Shown here: positions 1 to 10,745 of the stretch, piece by piece
Position numbering within the stretch: the first letter of the stretch is position 1
Layout of the letters: every line of letters starts with the position of its first letter
Assembly: GCA_963664225.1 (NCBI GenBank)
Contig: OY760937.1
Coordinates: 2,720,001 to 2,784,000, forward strand
Direction: 5' to 3'
Origin: Verrucomicrobiia bacterium
GTDB taxonomy: Bacteria > Verrucomicrobiota > Verrucomicrobiia > Limisphaerales > UBA1319
DNA length: 64,000 nt
Program-made: the position numbers and the translations under genes
Notes under the pieces: generated by a model
Seen by the model: the letters and a program-made list of their open reading frames with translations, nothing else
Told to the model about the DNA's origin: nothing
The model's database searches: none

Positions 1-333
1 TCGCTGTCGAAACTGCCAGGTCTTACGAAATTCTTCCGGAGCAGGTGCCAGTGCCCACACGCTTGCCCATCCCCTCATCTCCGGAGTCGCAGGCCCGCAA
101 AGCTCCACGGTATGCAACCCCTGGGTCTTTGAGAGCCACCATGGAAGACCCGACGACCGAAACTGATGAAACTGCGCGGTATCCGATGGGTATTGAGTGG
201 CGGAGACTCTCTCTGCGAAAATCCAGCCTTGCGACTGGATGGCGCGGGAGGTTTGAGGCCGTGCAAAGAATAGGACCGGGAGCCAGCTCAAGGCCAGCAG
301 CATCAACCCGATTCTTTGCAGCAAAAATGGCAC
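1..333 (-). CDS. Possible small hypothetical protein, runs off the left edge
   Basis: Own translation: open frame from GTG 333 to base 1 (VPFLLQRIGLMLLALSWLPVLFFARPQ...WQFRQR) with a hydrophobic N-terminus; not in the ORF track. Confidence 0.3.
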   Translation of the reverse strand, partial: MPFLLQRIGLMLLALSWLPVLFFARPQTSRAIQSQGWIFAERVSATQYPSDTAQFHQFRSSGLPWWLSKTQGLHTVELCGPATPEMRGWASVWALAPAPEEFRKTWQFRQR

Positions 334-552
334 ATCGCCCACCTTACAGGTTCAAGCGGGTAATTCCAAACTTTTTCAAACGCCCGAGCGGTTGCAGCCG
401 TCCTGTTTGACTGTGATGAAAACGATTCCGCGCTGCATTTCATTCGAGAATAGGTCGGAAACCCCGAAGGCAAGCACACCGGGTTTGTTCATACTACTCC
501 GTCGCCATAGCGCACGCCGCGCCACCCTTGTAGTTCGCGTGCGCCACCCCTC

Positions 553-3138
553 CTACTCCGGCTTGATCACCGCCACGACATGATGGCCCACGGTCAGGTA
601 TTTGCGGGCGACCTCGCGGGTCATGTCCACGGTGACCGCCTCGTAATGGGCGTCCTCGGCATCGGAGCTTTGATAGCCCAGGCCGTAGAGTTCATCGAGG
701 GCCACCGAGCTCGCGTAGGCGCCAAGGTCCTGCCGCGCAATTTTCTTCTGGCCCACGATCTTGGCCTTGGCCCGGCTCAATTCCTCCGGCGTCAGCCCCG
801 AGGCCACGAGCGACTGGGCCTCGATGAGCATTTCCTGCTCGACGCGCTCGGCGTGCTCGGGAGCGGTGCCCGCGTAGAAGGCGAAGTATCCGGGAACCAC
901 GCCCAGCATATTAAACGCGCCCACATAGTAGGCCAGGCCCAGTTGGTCGCGAATGCGCAGGAACAATCGGGAGCCCAGGTCGTTGCACGCCTCCTGAACC
1001 AGGTCCAGCGCGTATTTGTCCGGGCTGTCGATGCTCAGGCCGGAAAAGCCGATCACGACGACGACCTGCTTTTTGTCACGGGTTTCGACCACGCGCGGCG
1101 CTCCGGTCCACGACGCCGGGCTGGCCTTGTGGGACAGCACCGCCGGGGTTTTCCACGACTTGAACGCCTTCGCCACTTCCGTCCGGACACGCTCCGTTTT
1201 CACATCACCGAAAATCGCCAGCACGCAATTATTCGGCGCCACAAGCGCCTTGTGAAACTGGCGCAAATCCCCCACGCGGAATGTGGCCACGGATTCCTCC
1301 GTTCCCACAATATCCATGCCGTAACCCTGGTCGCCGAACATCACACGCCGCATCGCGCGCGAGGCGCAATAGACGAGCTGGTCGCGCATGGCCTTGATGG
1401 AGTCGATCTGCATTTGCCGCTCCATTTCCAGCGGCGCCGCGGGCCACGAGGGATGCAGCAGCACATCGGCCAGCAAATCCAGCCCCGTGCCAAAATCCTC
1501 CGTCATCACCTCCGCATTGACGCCGAAACTATTGTTCCCCGAGTAATTGTCGATGCTCCCGCCCAGCGACTCGATCTCCATCGCGATCTGCGGACCGGGC
1601 CGACGCGTCGTGCCCTTGAGCAGCATTTTCGAGAACAGCGAAGTCAGGCCGTTATTCGACGGCGTCTCCACCAATAGCCCGCCCTGGAACACCGTGCGAA
1701 ACTCGACGAACGGCAGCCGATGATCTTCCTTGATGAGCAACCGCAACCCATTGCCAAGGGTGAATAATTGAATCGGCTCGCCGACCACCGCGGGCGCGGC
1801 CTTGGCGGCGGCCTGGATTTTGCCATTGGGCGCGAGCGCGTAAAACGTCCTGTTTTCCGCCGTCAAATAACGTTTGGCCACCCGTTGAATGTCCGCGGGC
1901 GTCACGCGCTTGACCGTTTGCAACGAGCGCTGGCTGAAGTTCAAATCGTTGGCCGCCATCCAGCCCCCGCCCAGATCCTGCGCCTGGCCCTGCATGGACT
2001 TGCGCAGCCCGAGAACGCTCGCCGTGCATTGTTTGACGGCCTTGGCCATTTCCGCCTTGGAAACGGGCTTCTCCTTCATCCGTTCGATTTCCTGCAGAAC
2101 CGCCGCGCGCGCCGCATCGAATTTCTCCGTGTCCGCCACCAGGCTCACGCCCATCAGCCCAATGCCGCCGGGATTGTAGGTCCATGCATCGAGGGAATGC
2201 GCGAGGCCCGCTTTTTCGCGGACGTTCTGGTAGAGCCGGGAACTGCGCCCGCCGCCCAGCAACGCCGCCAGCACATCCAGCACCGGCGTGTCCTCGTGCC
2301 GGACATCCGGCGTGTGCCAGCTCCAATGCGCGTACGCCATCTCAATGGGCGCCTCCTCCAGGATCTCCCGGGGCGCAATCTGGCTGGGCTCCTCGGGCTG
2401 CGCGATCGGCGGCATCGGCCGGGATTTCGCATCCGCAAAGGCCGTGCGGATTTGCGCCTCGACCTCCGGCGCGTTCATGTCGCCCACCACGACAAACACC
2501 AGATTGTTGGACGCGTATTTCTCACGGTAATAGCTCAGCACATCCTCGCGCTTGAGTTCGTTGAACACGTCCGGGTAGCCGATGATCGTGTGGCGGTAGG
2601 GGCTGCGCGTGAACGCCGTCTCGAACAACCGCCGACTCGAGCGCCGCGCCGGATCGTCCTGGTTCATGTCCATCTCCCGCAGAATCACCTGCTTCTCCTT
2701 CACCATTTCATCTTCGGGAAAAGTCGCGTGGCGGCAGATGTCGCACAAAATATCGATCGCCACCTTCGCGCCCGTGTTGGGCACATTGATGTGATACACC
2801 GTGCGATCGAACGACGTATAGGCGTTCATGGATCCGCCCGCCTCCTGCACCTCCTGGTCGATCCGCGCCGCGGGCCGCGTCGTCGTGCCCTTGAAGAGCA
2901 TGTGTTCGAGCAGATGCGAGAGCCCGGCGCGCATCCACGGGCCCTCGTGAATGCTGCCCGCCATGCACCACGCCTGCGCGGAAACCACGGGCGCGCTGTG
3001 GTCCTCCCGGAGAATCAGCGTCAACCCATTATCCAGCGTCACCAGCCGGACGCCTGCCGGAATGGCGGGCAGCTCGCCGTTGGCGGAAAGTTCTGCGGAC
3101 TTGGACACGCGCGGTTTGGCGTTCTTTTTAATACTCAT
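553..3138 (-). CDS. M16 family (pitrilysin/PqqL-like) zinc protease, two fused M16 halves
   Basis: Inverted zincin HLLEH motif, NAYTSFDRTVY, second LGNGLRLLIKEDH half; 861 aa. Confidence 0.93.
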   Translation of the reverse strand: MSIKKNAKPRVSKSAELSANGELPAIPAGVRLVTLDNGLTLILREDHSAPVVSAQAWCMAGSIHEGPWMRAGLSHLLEHMLFKGTTTRPAARIDQEVQEAGGSMNAYTSFDRTVYHINVPNTGAKVAIDILCDICRHATFPEDEMVKEKQVILREMDMNQDDPARRSSRRLFETAFTRSPYRHTIIGYPDVFNELKREDVLSYYREKYASNNLVFVVVGDMNAPEVEAQIRTAFADAKSRPMPPIAQPEEPSQIAPREILEEAPIEMAYAHWSWHTPDVRHEDTPVLDVLAALLGGGRSSRLYQNVREKAGLAHSLDAWTYNPGGIGLMGVSLVADTEKFDAARAAVLQEIERMKEKPVSKAEMAKAVKQCTASVLGLRKSMQGQAQDLGGGWMAANDLNFSQRSLQTVKRVTPADIQRVAKRYLTAENRTFYALAPNGKIQAAAKAAPAVVGEPIQLFTLGNGLRLLIKEDHRLPFVEFRTVFQGGLLVETPSNNGLTSLFSKMLLKGTTRRPGPQIAMEIESLGGSIDNYSGNNSFGVNAEVMTEDFGTGLDLLADVLLHPSWPAAPLEMERQMQIDSIKAMRDQLVYCASRAMRRVMFGDQGYGMDIVGTEESVATFRVGDLRQFHKALVAPNNCVLAIFGDVKTERVRTEVAKAFKSWKTPAVLSHKASPASWTGAPRVVETRDKKQVVVVIGFSGLSIDSPDKYALDLVQEACNDLGSRLFLRIRDQLGLAYYVGAFNMLGVVPGYFAFYAGTAPEHAERVEQEMLIEAQSLVASGLTPEELSRAKAKIVGQKKIARQDLGAYASSVALDELYGLGYQSSDAEDAHYEAVTVDMTREVARKYLTVGHHVVAVIKPE

Positions 3139-3587
3139 AACATGACAATAGCCCTCGAACGCCCTGACCGGCGTCCTCCCTCCATTTAACCGCCCCCGCG
3201 CCCCGCAAGCCAGAATAAAGAGCGGGGTGGGAATGCCCGCCCACCGTAGCGCAGGTTTCCAATCCGCAAACGGTGGAAAACCGGAAGCAAGGAAATCAAA
3301 TCCGTAGCGGCGGACTGGCGTTCGCCGGTAATTTAAAGACCCGTCCGAATCCGCCGTGGTTTTCGATCGCGTGATCAGCGCTTCCCATCCTGATCATCCT
3401 CTCCATCCATGTGAATATCTACTGGACTTGCTCTACGGTTATTTCCAATCCGAATCCGCTTCCATTTTCTTTCCGGTCCTTGAGATCTATCCGGTTAATT
3501 ATTTCCATCCGAATCCTGATCATTCGATCCAGCCATGTTCAAAATCTTTTTCACCCCCATAAGTGCGTGAACACAATGCATTCAAAC

Positions 3588-4271
3588 TCAATGAAAGCGT
3601 AACTTCTGAACAAAAGACACCAAACCACCAAGTCCAAACAAAACGACAGTGGAAGGCTCGGGGACTATTGTGCTTGTGAACTGAATGCTATCAATGCCAC
3701 ATCCCGTGTATGGATTGGGCCGCTCGCTGCCAAAGGTAAGGGTAACCTCCTGCCCCGCATAGGTCGTGATATCTGACCACGCTTGATATTGAATGATTTT
3801 AAGAATAGTCGGATCGCTCTCCCAAATTGCAATTTCCTGCACCTGCAATGGAGTGCCATCGATTGAAAGTGAAACATGGTTGAAACTTTTAAAACTGATA
3901 TATTTGTAATCGAGCGGGATGGTTCCTCTTTGAGTAATGAACATGGGATCTGTCGAACCACTGACCATTCGGAATGCATACTGGCCATCAATCGGATAAT
4001 ATGAATTCTGATCTTTCATTTCCAATATCGGAAGCGGAGATCCACCAGGCGTTGACGAATTGAAAAATATATTCGTTGCTTGTTGCCCTTTTACGTCGGT
4101 CAATGTCCAGCCAGGCAATAAATCTTTTGTGCTGCCATAAAATAGCCATTCATTAATGCGGGTAACATTATTCGTGTTGGCGCTTTCGAAATCAAGGTTT
4201 GTAAATGCACCAGCCTGCAATACGGTTAGGCTCGCCATGCCGATGCTGAGGATTGTCAGTAAGTATTTCAT
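3588..4271 (-). CDS. PEP-CTERM sorting-domain exported protein
   Basis: Signal peptide; C-terminal VPEPSTVVLFGLGGLV followed by basic residues; visibly lower GC than flanks. Confidence 0.88.
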   Translation of the reverse strand: MKYLLTILSIGMASLTVLQAGAFTNLDFESANTNNVTRINEWLFYGSTKDLLPGWTLTDVKGQQATNIFFNSSTPGGSPLPILEMKDQNSYYPIDGQYAFRMVSGSTDPMFITQRGTIPLDYKYISFKSFNHVSLSIDGTPLQVQEIAIWESDPTILKIIQYQAWSDITTYAGQEVTLTFGSERPNPYTGCGIDSIQFTSTIVPEPSTVVLFGLGGLVSFVQKLRFH

Positions 4272-4631
4272 ATGTGCTATTGGATTTCTGGTTAGGTACC
4301 TTGTCTGAAATTCATGTAAGATTCGCTACCAAAAGGCAAGAGGGGCCACCCATGGATTTGGTCGCTTTTCCTGTTCCGATTTATTCCCAAGCCAACCCCC
4401 AGACCTGCACCCGCCCGAACCGACCAAAGTCAGCCGATTGGGCCTATGGCTTAGGTGTCTTCATGGCACTCAGATCATTGACAACAAACCCACTCTGCTT
4501 GCCATAAATCATCTTGGCAACAGATTATATTCCGCCTCTCCCCGCGTTCTGTTTTGCGCTTCGCCTTTCGCACTCCGAGACCAACGTCCTGACTTCTGCC
4601 CTCCGCTCTCAGCTCTTGGCCCTCTGCCCCC

Positions 4632-7031
4632 CTACAGCTTCACCACGCTAATCCCAAACACTCCCCCCGCGAAGTTGCCCGGCGCGGCCTGGAAGGTGAC
4701 CGTGATCCTGGACTTGTCCCGCGTCCATTCCTCGCTGAGCGGATATTCCACCTCAAAGAACTTTCCCGGTTGGTTGCGACTCAGCTCCTGGGTGGCCAGC
4801 TTCTTGCCATCCACCAGAATATCGAAACGCCGCGCGCCAGTGTCCTCGCCCCAGTAGGTGCAGATCAGTTTCGCGGGCTGGTTCGGTGTGACCTTGACCT
4901 GGTAACTGAACCACCCGCCATTGGAGGCATCGCGCCACTTGCGCCCCATGTGCTCGCCTGAATTGGAGTTCTGACTCTGGAGTTTATGATCGGTCTCCGG
5001 CTGCGGTTCGCCCGGCTGGATGCGATCGATCGTGCGGCGTTCCAGGTCCCTGCGGTGCGCCTCGGCCACGGCGATTTCCGCCTTCCTGGACTCCCATTCC
5101 GCCACGGAATACACCTTCCAATAGACATTATACCGCTGGTAATTCATCTGATGGAACGGGATCAACGTCACGTCCTTGGGCTGGCCCAGGCCCTCCGTGC
5201 GGAACCTCAGCGTCTTGCCGCTCACGCGATGAATGTGGCTCAAGACGTTCTCGGGCGATCCCGTGAAGATCGTTTCCGGTGGTGTGGGAATATGGACATG
5301 ATCAAGCTGATTGGGAGTAAAGGGGCTGACGCCTTTCAAACCCTCCGTGCCCAGTTCCCCGGCCAGCACCAGCGGACCATAGAGCACCGCGACGATGTTG
5401 GTCTCCCCCGGCAGCGGTTCGCAATGCAGCGTCATCGGCGCCTCGATATCGACCCGGTCCCCATTCTGCCATTCCCGGAGCACGCTCCAATAGCCCGCGG
5501 TGGTACTCGTCTCATTCACCTCCACCTTCTTTCCATTAATGCTCACGGTCATCCCCTGTTCCGCCCAGGCAGGCTTGCGAATGTGCAGCCTCAGCAACTG
5601 CGGCGTGTCGCAGTTGAAGATGAGTTTGCTCGAGTCACTGTTGGGAAAGGTGGTTTCCTGGCGCACCAAAAGGCCCCGCGCCTGCCAGTTCAGTTCGCTC
5701 GCGATGAACAGATTCACATACAGCGAATCGGCGCCATGCATGAAAATCGTGTCCGCATATTTGGCGTGATTCTCCATGCCCGTGCCCACGCAGCACCAGA
5801 AGGAATCAAACGGCGTGGAGTAGGTCTTGAAGTGCCCCGGCTTGAGCGAAACCAGGTAGGTGAACATCCCGCGCAGCGGATCCTGCGAGGCCAGGATGTG
5901 ATTGTAGAGACCGCGCTCGTAGAAATCCATGTAACGGCTCGAGGGATTCCACTCGAACAAATGCCGCGTGAGCTTGAGCATGTTGTAGGTGTTGCAAGTC
6001 TCGGTCGTCTCCGCGCTCAGGTGCTTCGCAAATTCATTCGTGGGAAAGAAAAACTCATGATCGCTGTGCCCGCCGATCACGTAGGAACGGGTCTCCGCCA
6101 CAAAGTGCCAGGCATTTTCCGCGATGTCGTGATAACGCCCCTCGCCGGTCACTTCAAACTCGCGCGCGGCGGCGATCATCTTTGGAATTTGCGTATTCGC
6201 ATGAATCCCGTTCAAGCGGTCCTCCCCTTTGGCCAGCGGATCGAACACCGCCGCGTGATCGAATGCCCGCGCCAGCTTCAGATGCGCCGGTTTGCCGCTA
6301 ATGGCGTAGAGATTCGCCAGCACCTCGCCCATTCCGCCGAATTCATTCTTCAGCGCCCCCTGCTGCTGCACTTCCGTGAGGCGGTTCAGCCGGAACTCGA
6401 GCCAGTCCGCCATCCGTTCCAGCACAGCCAGGGCCTGCGGATTATCGCATTCCACCGCCGTGTCCAGCAGGCCCGCCATGATCTTGTGCAGCGTGTAATA
6501 CGGCGCCCACACGGGCTTTTGCGCATCCACCCGGTCAAAGAACGATTCGGGAAAGGCAGCCAGGTATCCTGTGTTAAATCCCTTGGACGGCAGAGCCTCC
6601 TGGCATTTTGCCAGCGCCGCCACAATGGTCTCGGTCCGTTGCCTGAAGCGCGCATCGCCCGTGCTCGAATACATCAGCGCGCACGCCGAAAGATAATGCC
6701 CCAGCGAATGACCCCGCACCTCGCAGCCCGGCTCCTCCCACCCGCCGTAGGGTGCCGCCGTGCTGGGCAGGCCCGCCGTGACACGGAAAGCATGCAGCAA
6801 CCGGTCCGGCTCCAGGCTCAGCAGATAATCCTGGTCCCGCATCATCGCCTGTCGGAACGGCCCATCCAGCAACCGCACCTCCTTCAAATCGAAAGGCTCC
6901 ACCTGAACCGCTTTCGAAGCCTGCGCCCGCTTCACCTGCCGGGGCGCATCCGGCGTCGCGCCGGGAACGGAATTCACAAGGCAAAGAGCCAGTACGAGGG
7001 AGTATTTCAAAAAGGGCATGCGCATGGACAT
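4632..7031 (-). CDS. Glycoside hydrolase family 127/146 (beta-L-arabinofuranosidase-like) with C-terminal beta domain
   Basis: RGHSLGHYLSA, WAPYYTLHKI, HANTQIPK, ETCNTYNMLKL and FWCCVGTGMENH motifs; start moved to MSMRMPFLK (signal peptide) because the upstream extension covers a REP-like pair. Confidence 0.9.
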   Translation of the reverse strand: MSMRMPFLKYSLVLALCLVNSVPGATPDAPRQVKRAQASKAVQVEPFDLKEVRLLDGPFRQAMMRDQDYLLSLEPDRLLHAFRVTAGLPSTAAPYGGWEEPGCEVRGHSLGHYLSACALMYSSTGDARFRQRTETIVAALAKCQEALPSKGFNTGYLAAFPESFFDRVDAQKPVWAPYYTLHKIMAGLLDTAVECDNPQALAVLERMADWLEFRLNRLTEVQQQGALKNEFGGMGEVLANLYAISGKPAHLKLARAFDHAAVFDPLAKGEDRLNGIHANTQIPKMIAAAREFEVTGEGRYHDIAENAWHFVAETRSYVIGGHSDHEFFFPTNEFAKHLSAETTETCNTYNMLKLTRHLFEWNPSSRYMDFYERGLYNHILASQDPLRGMFTYLVSLKPGHFKTYSTPFDSFWCCVGTGMENHAKYADTIFMHGADSLYVNLFIASELNWQARGLLVRQETTFPNSDSSKLIFNCDTPQLLRLHIRKPAWAEQGMTVSINGKKVEVNETSTTAGYWSVLREWQNGDRVDIEAPMTLHCEPLPGETNIVAVLYGPLVLAGELGTEGLKGVSPFTPNQLDHVHIPTPPETIFTGSPENVLSHIHRVSGKTLRFRTEGLGQPKDVTLIPFHQMNYQRYNVYWKVYSVAEWESRKAEIAVAEAHRRDLERRTIDRIQPGEPQPETDHKLQSQNSNSGEHMGRKWRDASNGGWFSYQVKVTPNQPAKLICTYWGEDTGARRFDILVDGKKLATQELSRNQPGKFFEVEYPLSEEWTRDKSRITVTFQAAPGNFAGGVFGISVVKL

Positions 7032-7179
7032 ACGGTTGTGATTAGTTAGGAAACTTAAGTAATGAGTAACATGCCCCCGGTGGGCTGCAAGAATAAAGTC
7101 GGTTTTCTTTCCTGCAAACGAACGCGAGACAATGATCTTTGAGCCTGAGCTGCGGGATGCACGTGGGGCGCTCCCCGGC

Positions 7180-7287
7180 TTGGAGTCCCGTCTTTGGACG
7201 GAGCGGCTTTTGCAGGTTTCAGGCAATGGGAATAATTTCATGCACCTTTCCGTTCCCGCACTTGGCCGCCTGAAGGCGGGACTCCAA
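7180..7287. repeat. Inverted pair of REP-like palindromic elements
   Basis: TTGGAGTCCCGTCTTTGGACGG (7180-7201) is a near reverse complement of CCGCCTGAAGGCGGGACTCCAA (7266-7287); each has an internal hairpin. Confidence 0.6.
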
Positions 7288-7316
7288 ACTCAGCGAGGGA
7301 CGCAGGCACCGTCTCG

Positions 7317-7991
7317 TTAACCTATGCGCCTTGCGCCAGGCAGCAAACTCCGCAAAGGGCATTCCTCGCACCGGGGTTCGCGAGGACGGCAGAATGTCTT
7401 CCCCACCATTACCAGTTGCGCATGGTAATCCTGCCAGTAATCGAGCAGGTCACCGTCGCCAGTGCCGACGTTCCGTTCGCATAAATCGTGCAGGACTTCA
7501 TACTCCTCATCCGGCGCACACCACTCATGCCGCGAAAAGATGCGTCGTGTATAGGCATCGATCACAAAACTCAGCCGACCCCCCGCGTAGAGTAATATGC
7601 TGTCCGCCGTCTCGGGACCGATCCCCTTGATCGCCAGCAAACGTGTTCGGGCTTCCGCCACCGTCCCGCGAAAGAGCCGCCGCAAATCCCCGCCGCAATC
7701 CTCGACCAATATTTTTACAAAAGAATGCAGCCGCGCGGCTTTGACATTGAAGTATCCCGAAGGATGGATCAGCCGCGCCAGTTCCGCGAGACTCAGCTTG
7801 TAGAGTTTCTCCGGCGATAACACCTTCTCCCGCTTGAGGTTGGCGATGGACTTCTCCACATTGCCCCAATTCGTGTTCTGCGTCAGAATTGCCCCCACGC
7901 ACACCTCGAACGGCGTCTCCCCCGGCCACCAATGCAAGTGCCCTTGGTGCGCCCGCATCAAGCGATAGGCCTCCGGTAATGATTCGGCCAT
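7317..7991 (-). CDS. HhH-GPD family (endonuclease III-like) DNA glycosylase
   Basis: GAILTQNTNW, HhH motif LLAIKGIGPETADSIL, VIDAY, C-terminal 4Fe-4S-type Cys cluster; start chosen downstream of the terminator at 8052-8078. Confidence 0.88.
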   Translation of the reverse strand: MAESLPEAYRLMRAHQGHLHWWPGETPFEVCVGAILTQNTNWGNVEKSIANLKREKVLSPEKLYKLSLAELARLIHPSGYFNVKAARLHSFVKILVEDCGGDLRRLFRGTVAEARTRLLAIKGIGPETADSILLYAGGRLSFVIDAYTRRIFSRHEWCAPDEEYEVLHDLCERNVGTGDGDLLDYWQDYHAQLVMVGKTFCRPREPRCEECPLRSLLPGARRIG

Positions 7992-8051
7992 AACACTCTC
8001 ATCACGTGGCGGTTGTGAATCTTTCATCTGCTCCTGTTTGGACGTCGCCAT

Positions 8052-8078
8052 AAAAAAAGGACGGCTGCAAAGCCGTCC
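8052..8078 (-). terminator. Rho-independent terminator after peroxiredoxin
   Basis: Minus strand reads GGACGGC-TTTGCA-GCCGTCC followed by 7 T. Confidence 0.8.
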
Positions 8079-8112
8079 CCGTCAACGAGTTATATCGAAA
8101 TTCGTAAAATAA

Positions 8113-8727
8113 TCAACCATTCAGCGCCTCGTAAACCTTGCCGACAATCGCCTCGGAGGGCTTCAAGGTTTTCGCGCCTTTGCTCCAACGCGCCGGGCAC
8201 GCTTCCGCCGGGTGTTTCGCCAGGTAGGCATTGGCCTGCATCTTGCGCACCAGTTCATCCGCATTGCGGCCCACATTGTAGAAGTTGACCTCGGAGGAAA
8301 CGAGTTTTCCTTGGGGATTGATGATGAAGGTGCCCCGCAACGCGAGACCCGAGGCCGGATCGTAAACGCCGAAGAGCTTGCTCACAGCGCCGGTGCGGTC
8401 CGCGCCCATGGGGTATTGGACCTTCTCCAGAAGCTTCTCCGTGTCACGCCAGACCAGATGCGCGAACTTCGTATCTGTGGAAATAGAAATGACTTCCGCG
8501 CCCAAAGCCTGCAGTTCCTGATACTTGTCCGCCAGGTCCGCCAGTTCCGTGGGGCAGACAAAAGTGAAGTCTGCGGGATAAAAAACCAGAATGGTCCATT
8601 TGGACTTTTTCTTGAGAGCCTCCAGAGAAGTCTCGCCAAATTCGCGTTTCCTGGGATCGTAGATTTCGAGTTTGAAATCGGGCACATCCGCCCCGACCGT
8701 CACAAGCGTTTCTTCACAGCCACACAT
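8113..8727 (-). CDS. ahpC: 2-Cys peroxiredoxin (AhpC family)
   Basis: FYPADFTFVCPTE, ALRGTFII, GRNADE, resolving ACPARW motif. Confidence 0.92.
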   Translation of the reverse strand: MCGCEETLVTVGADVPDFKLEIYDPRKREFGETSLEALKKKSKWTILVFYPADFTFVCPTELADLADKYQELQALGAEVISISTDTKFAHLVWRDTEKLLEKVQYPMGADRTGAVSKLFGVYDPASGLALRGTFIINPQGKLVSSEVNFYNVGRNADELVRKMQANAYLAKHPAEACPARWSKGAKTLKPSEAIVGKVYEALNG

Positions 8728-8851
8728 AGTCTTTTAAGGGTATTCTCCGTAATTATCGCCAAGCCCCATTTTTGTATTACCTGGGGAATTAAAATCCAAC
8801 CTCCGGGTTGGACGTTATTAAGAAAGCCCTTATTTCCAAAAAGTCAAGTAA

Positions 8852-8898
8852 CGCAAAAGGGCGCCATGACGCCGGTCGGCGGTGGGGCGCCCTTTGCG
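8852..8898 (-). terminator. Stem-loop downstream of the CvpA-like gene
   Basis: CGCAAAAGGGCGCC ... GGCGCCCTTTGCG inverted repeat. Confidence 0.45.
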
Positions 8899-8915
8899 CG
8901 AAAGCTCGAACAGGG

Positions 8916-10325
8916 TCAGGCCTGCCGCACAAATACGAGCTGCTGCCCGAACAGGGTGATGACGAAATAATCCCCCTCAACAATCCCATCCGAGGACGTA
9001 TCGTTGCCCTTATCGTCCTTCATTTTGATCGAGTAAGTATCGCCGTCGCCTTCCCAGGTGCCTTCGTAGGTCTTGGTCTCCATGACGAGGGGGACTGCCT
9101 CGGGCGGCGGGGCGGCGGCGGCGGGAGCAGGGGCGGCTGATGGCCGGCCATAGCGGGCTTCCATGCTGCCCGTCATCTGGCGCACCGCCGGGGCCAGCGC
9201 GCTGGGGGCCACGCCCAGACCACGGGTTCCGGGCCGGGGTGCCTGGCCGGCCATGGAGGCCTGCCTGGCCTGGGCTTGCTGCGCCAGTTTCTGCAAATCC
9301 ACAATCAACCCCTTGGTGACCAGGGTCACCTTGTTATCCGTGGTCGCTTTAAGCTGCGTTCCCTCAGCCATCTTTGCGAGCACCAACCGCAATGCTTTAA
9401 GCTCCCTGCTGGTAATATTCGGACGCTTCTTTCTGGCGTTGATGACCACCTGGTCGGCATCCAGCTCCCACCGGCCCAGAATCTTGATGGGATCGTAAAT
9501 GGCGGAAGTGCCCTTCTCCAGATAGGTGCGGAAATCCTTCAAATCGACCGCCAGCAACTGTTGCGTCAAATCCGTGGCCGCCACCACCCCCTCCATACGA
9601 GGATGCTTCACCAGATCCGCCAGACTGAGCTTGCCCTGCAACGATTCCATGAACTCCTTGTCGGCGGCCATGTCCTTCAAATCCTGGCGTTCACCCAGGT
9701 TCATGAAAGGCGGATAATCCTCCAAACGCTGCAACACAGCCGGATTGTTGTGATACAAAATGCCCAGAATATCCGTGATCTCGTAAAATTTCTTGGGCGC
9801 GGGATCGAAAGGCGCCACCAACCGATCAAATCCTGTGGTGTGCATATCCGCCCGGGCGCTGTTCAGCAGCTTTAACCACGACGGATCCGCCTCGTTGGCA
9901 AATTGCGCACTGAAATAACCGGGCACATAAATCGCCAGCGCCATCCAAAACACCAAAAACGCCCCCGCGAGCACACCCAAAGCAGCGCCCGCCCGCTGAT
10001 TAACGCGTTCAAACAGCGCCCGCTCGATATCGGGAGCCCTGAATTTCAGATACTTCGCCACGGGCAAATACACCACAAACGAAAGCCCCAGCGCCACCAG
10101 CACCACCAGCACATAGGCAAGCACGGGCGGCAACAACCACAGCCAGACCATGGCCTTGACCCCGCACCACACCAGCAATGGCTTGGTCAGGGGGGAGAGC
10201 GGCATCGCCAGCAATCCGCCCAAGGCGATCCCCAATAACAATACCGAAGTGCGCACCGCACCCAGAAACAGCCCTGCCGCAGCCAGGAGACCGCATGCAA
10301 CGAAAATGGCAATCCAAATGGTCAT
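8916..10325 (-). CDS. CvpA-like membrane protein with long soluble C-terminal region
   Basis: Four N-terminal hydrophobic segments including RAGAALGVLAG, then a soluble domain. Confidence 0.65.
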   Translation of the reverse strand: MTIWIAIFVACGLLAAAGLFLGAVRTSVLLLGIALGGLLAMPLSPLTKPLLVWCGVKAMVWLWLLPPVLAYVLVVLVALGLSFVVYLPVAKYLKFRAPDIERALFERVNQRAGAALGVLAGAFLVFWMALAIYVPGYFSAQFANEADPSWLKLLNSARADMHTTGFDRLVAPFDPAPKKFYEITDILGILYHNNPAVLQRLEDYPPFMNLGERQDLKDMAADKEFMESLQGKLSLADLVKHPRMEGVVAATDLTQQLLAVDLKDFRTYLEKGTSAIYDPIKILGRWELDADQVVINARKKRPNITSRELKALRLVLAKMAEGTQLKATTDNKVTLVTKGLIVDLQKLAQQAQARQASMAGQAPRPGTRGLGVAPSALAPAVRQMTGSMEARYGRPSAAPAPAAAAPPPEAVPLVMETKTYEGTWEGDGDTYSIKMKDDKGNDTSSDGIVEGDYFVITLFGQQLVFVRQA

Positions 10326-10561
10326 GGAGCAAATTTAAAACCTCCCCCGCAAAAAGGCACGCGCAAAATTTTCGAGATTATGTCCCGCTCCGTCCCGCAC
10401 ACGAACTGAACTTTTTGCCGAACAAAGCGTCCCCAGACACGGCACGCTCCATTGCCGGTCATCAGCGCCTTCATCGTGACAGATTCCCGGTCGGCCAATA
10501 TCCACAAGCGAATTACACTTGCGCTGACAAATGTTTATCATAATCTGTTGAGCGTGGATGC

Positions 10562-10636
10562 GGCGGGGTAGCCAAGTGGTAAGGCAGGGCTCTGCAAAAG
10601 CCTCATGCGTCGGTTCAATTCCGACCCTCGCCTCCA
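10562..10636 (+). tRNA. tRNA-Cys (GCA), ICE integration site
   Basis: Acceptor stem GGCGGGG/CCTCGCC, anticodon arm GGGCT-CTGCAAA-AGCCT, T arm GTCGG-TTCAATT-CCGAC, encoded CCA. Confidence 0.97.
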
Positions 10637-10682
10637 AGCTTAACTGTGTGTGCAGTAATGGTTTAGGAGCCTGGGAGTCCAG

Positions 10683-10745
10683 AACGGACACCAAAACGGA
10701 CACCCAATTCGCGACTCTGGCACTAGGCCGTCACTAATCTGGCAC
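10683..10745. repeat. Tandem direct repeats at att end (candidate integrase arm sites)
   Basis: AACGGACACCAA/AACGGACACCCA (10683-10706) and TCTGGCAC x2 (10716, 10738) between the tRNA and the integrase. Confidence 0.55.

Noticed and set aside
580..7049. Long plus-strand ORFs 580-1677, 1768-3189 and 4986-7049
   Set aside because: Antisense shadows of the M16 protease and GH127 genes, typical of high-GC codon bias; no motifs.
8713..8727. Extra N-terminal CGC motif on the peroxiredoxin
   Set aside because: Too short to interpret and the start codon is not certain.
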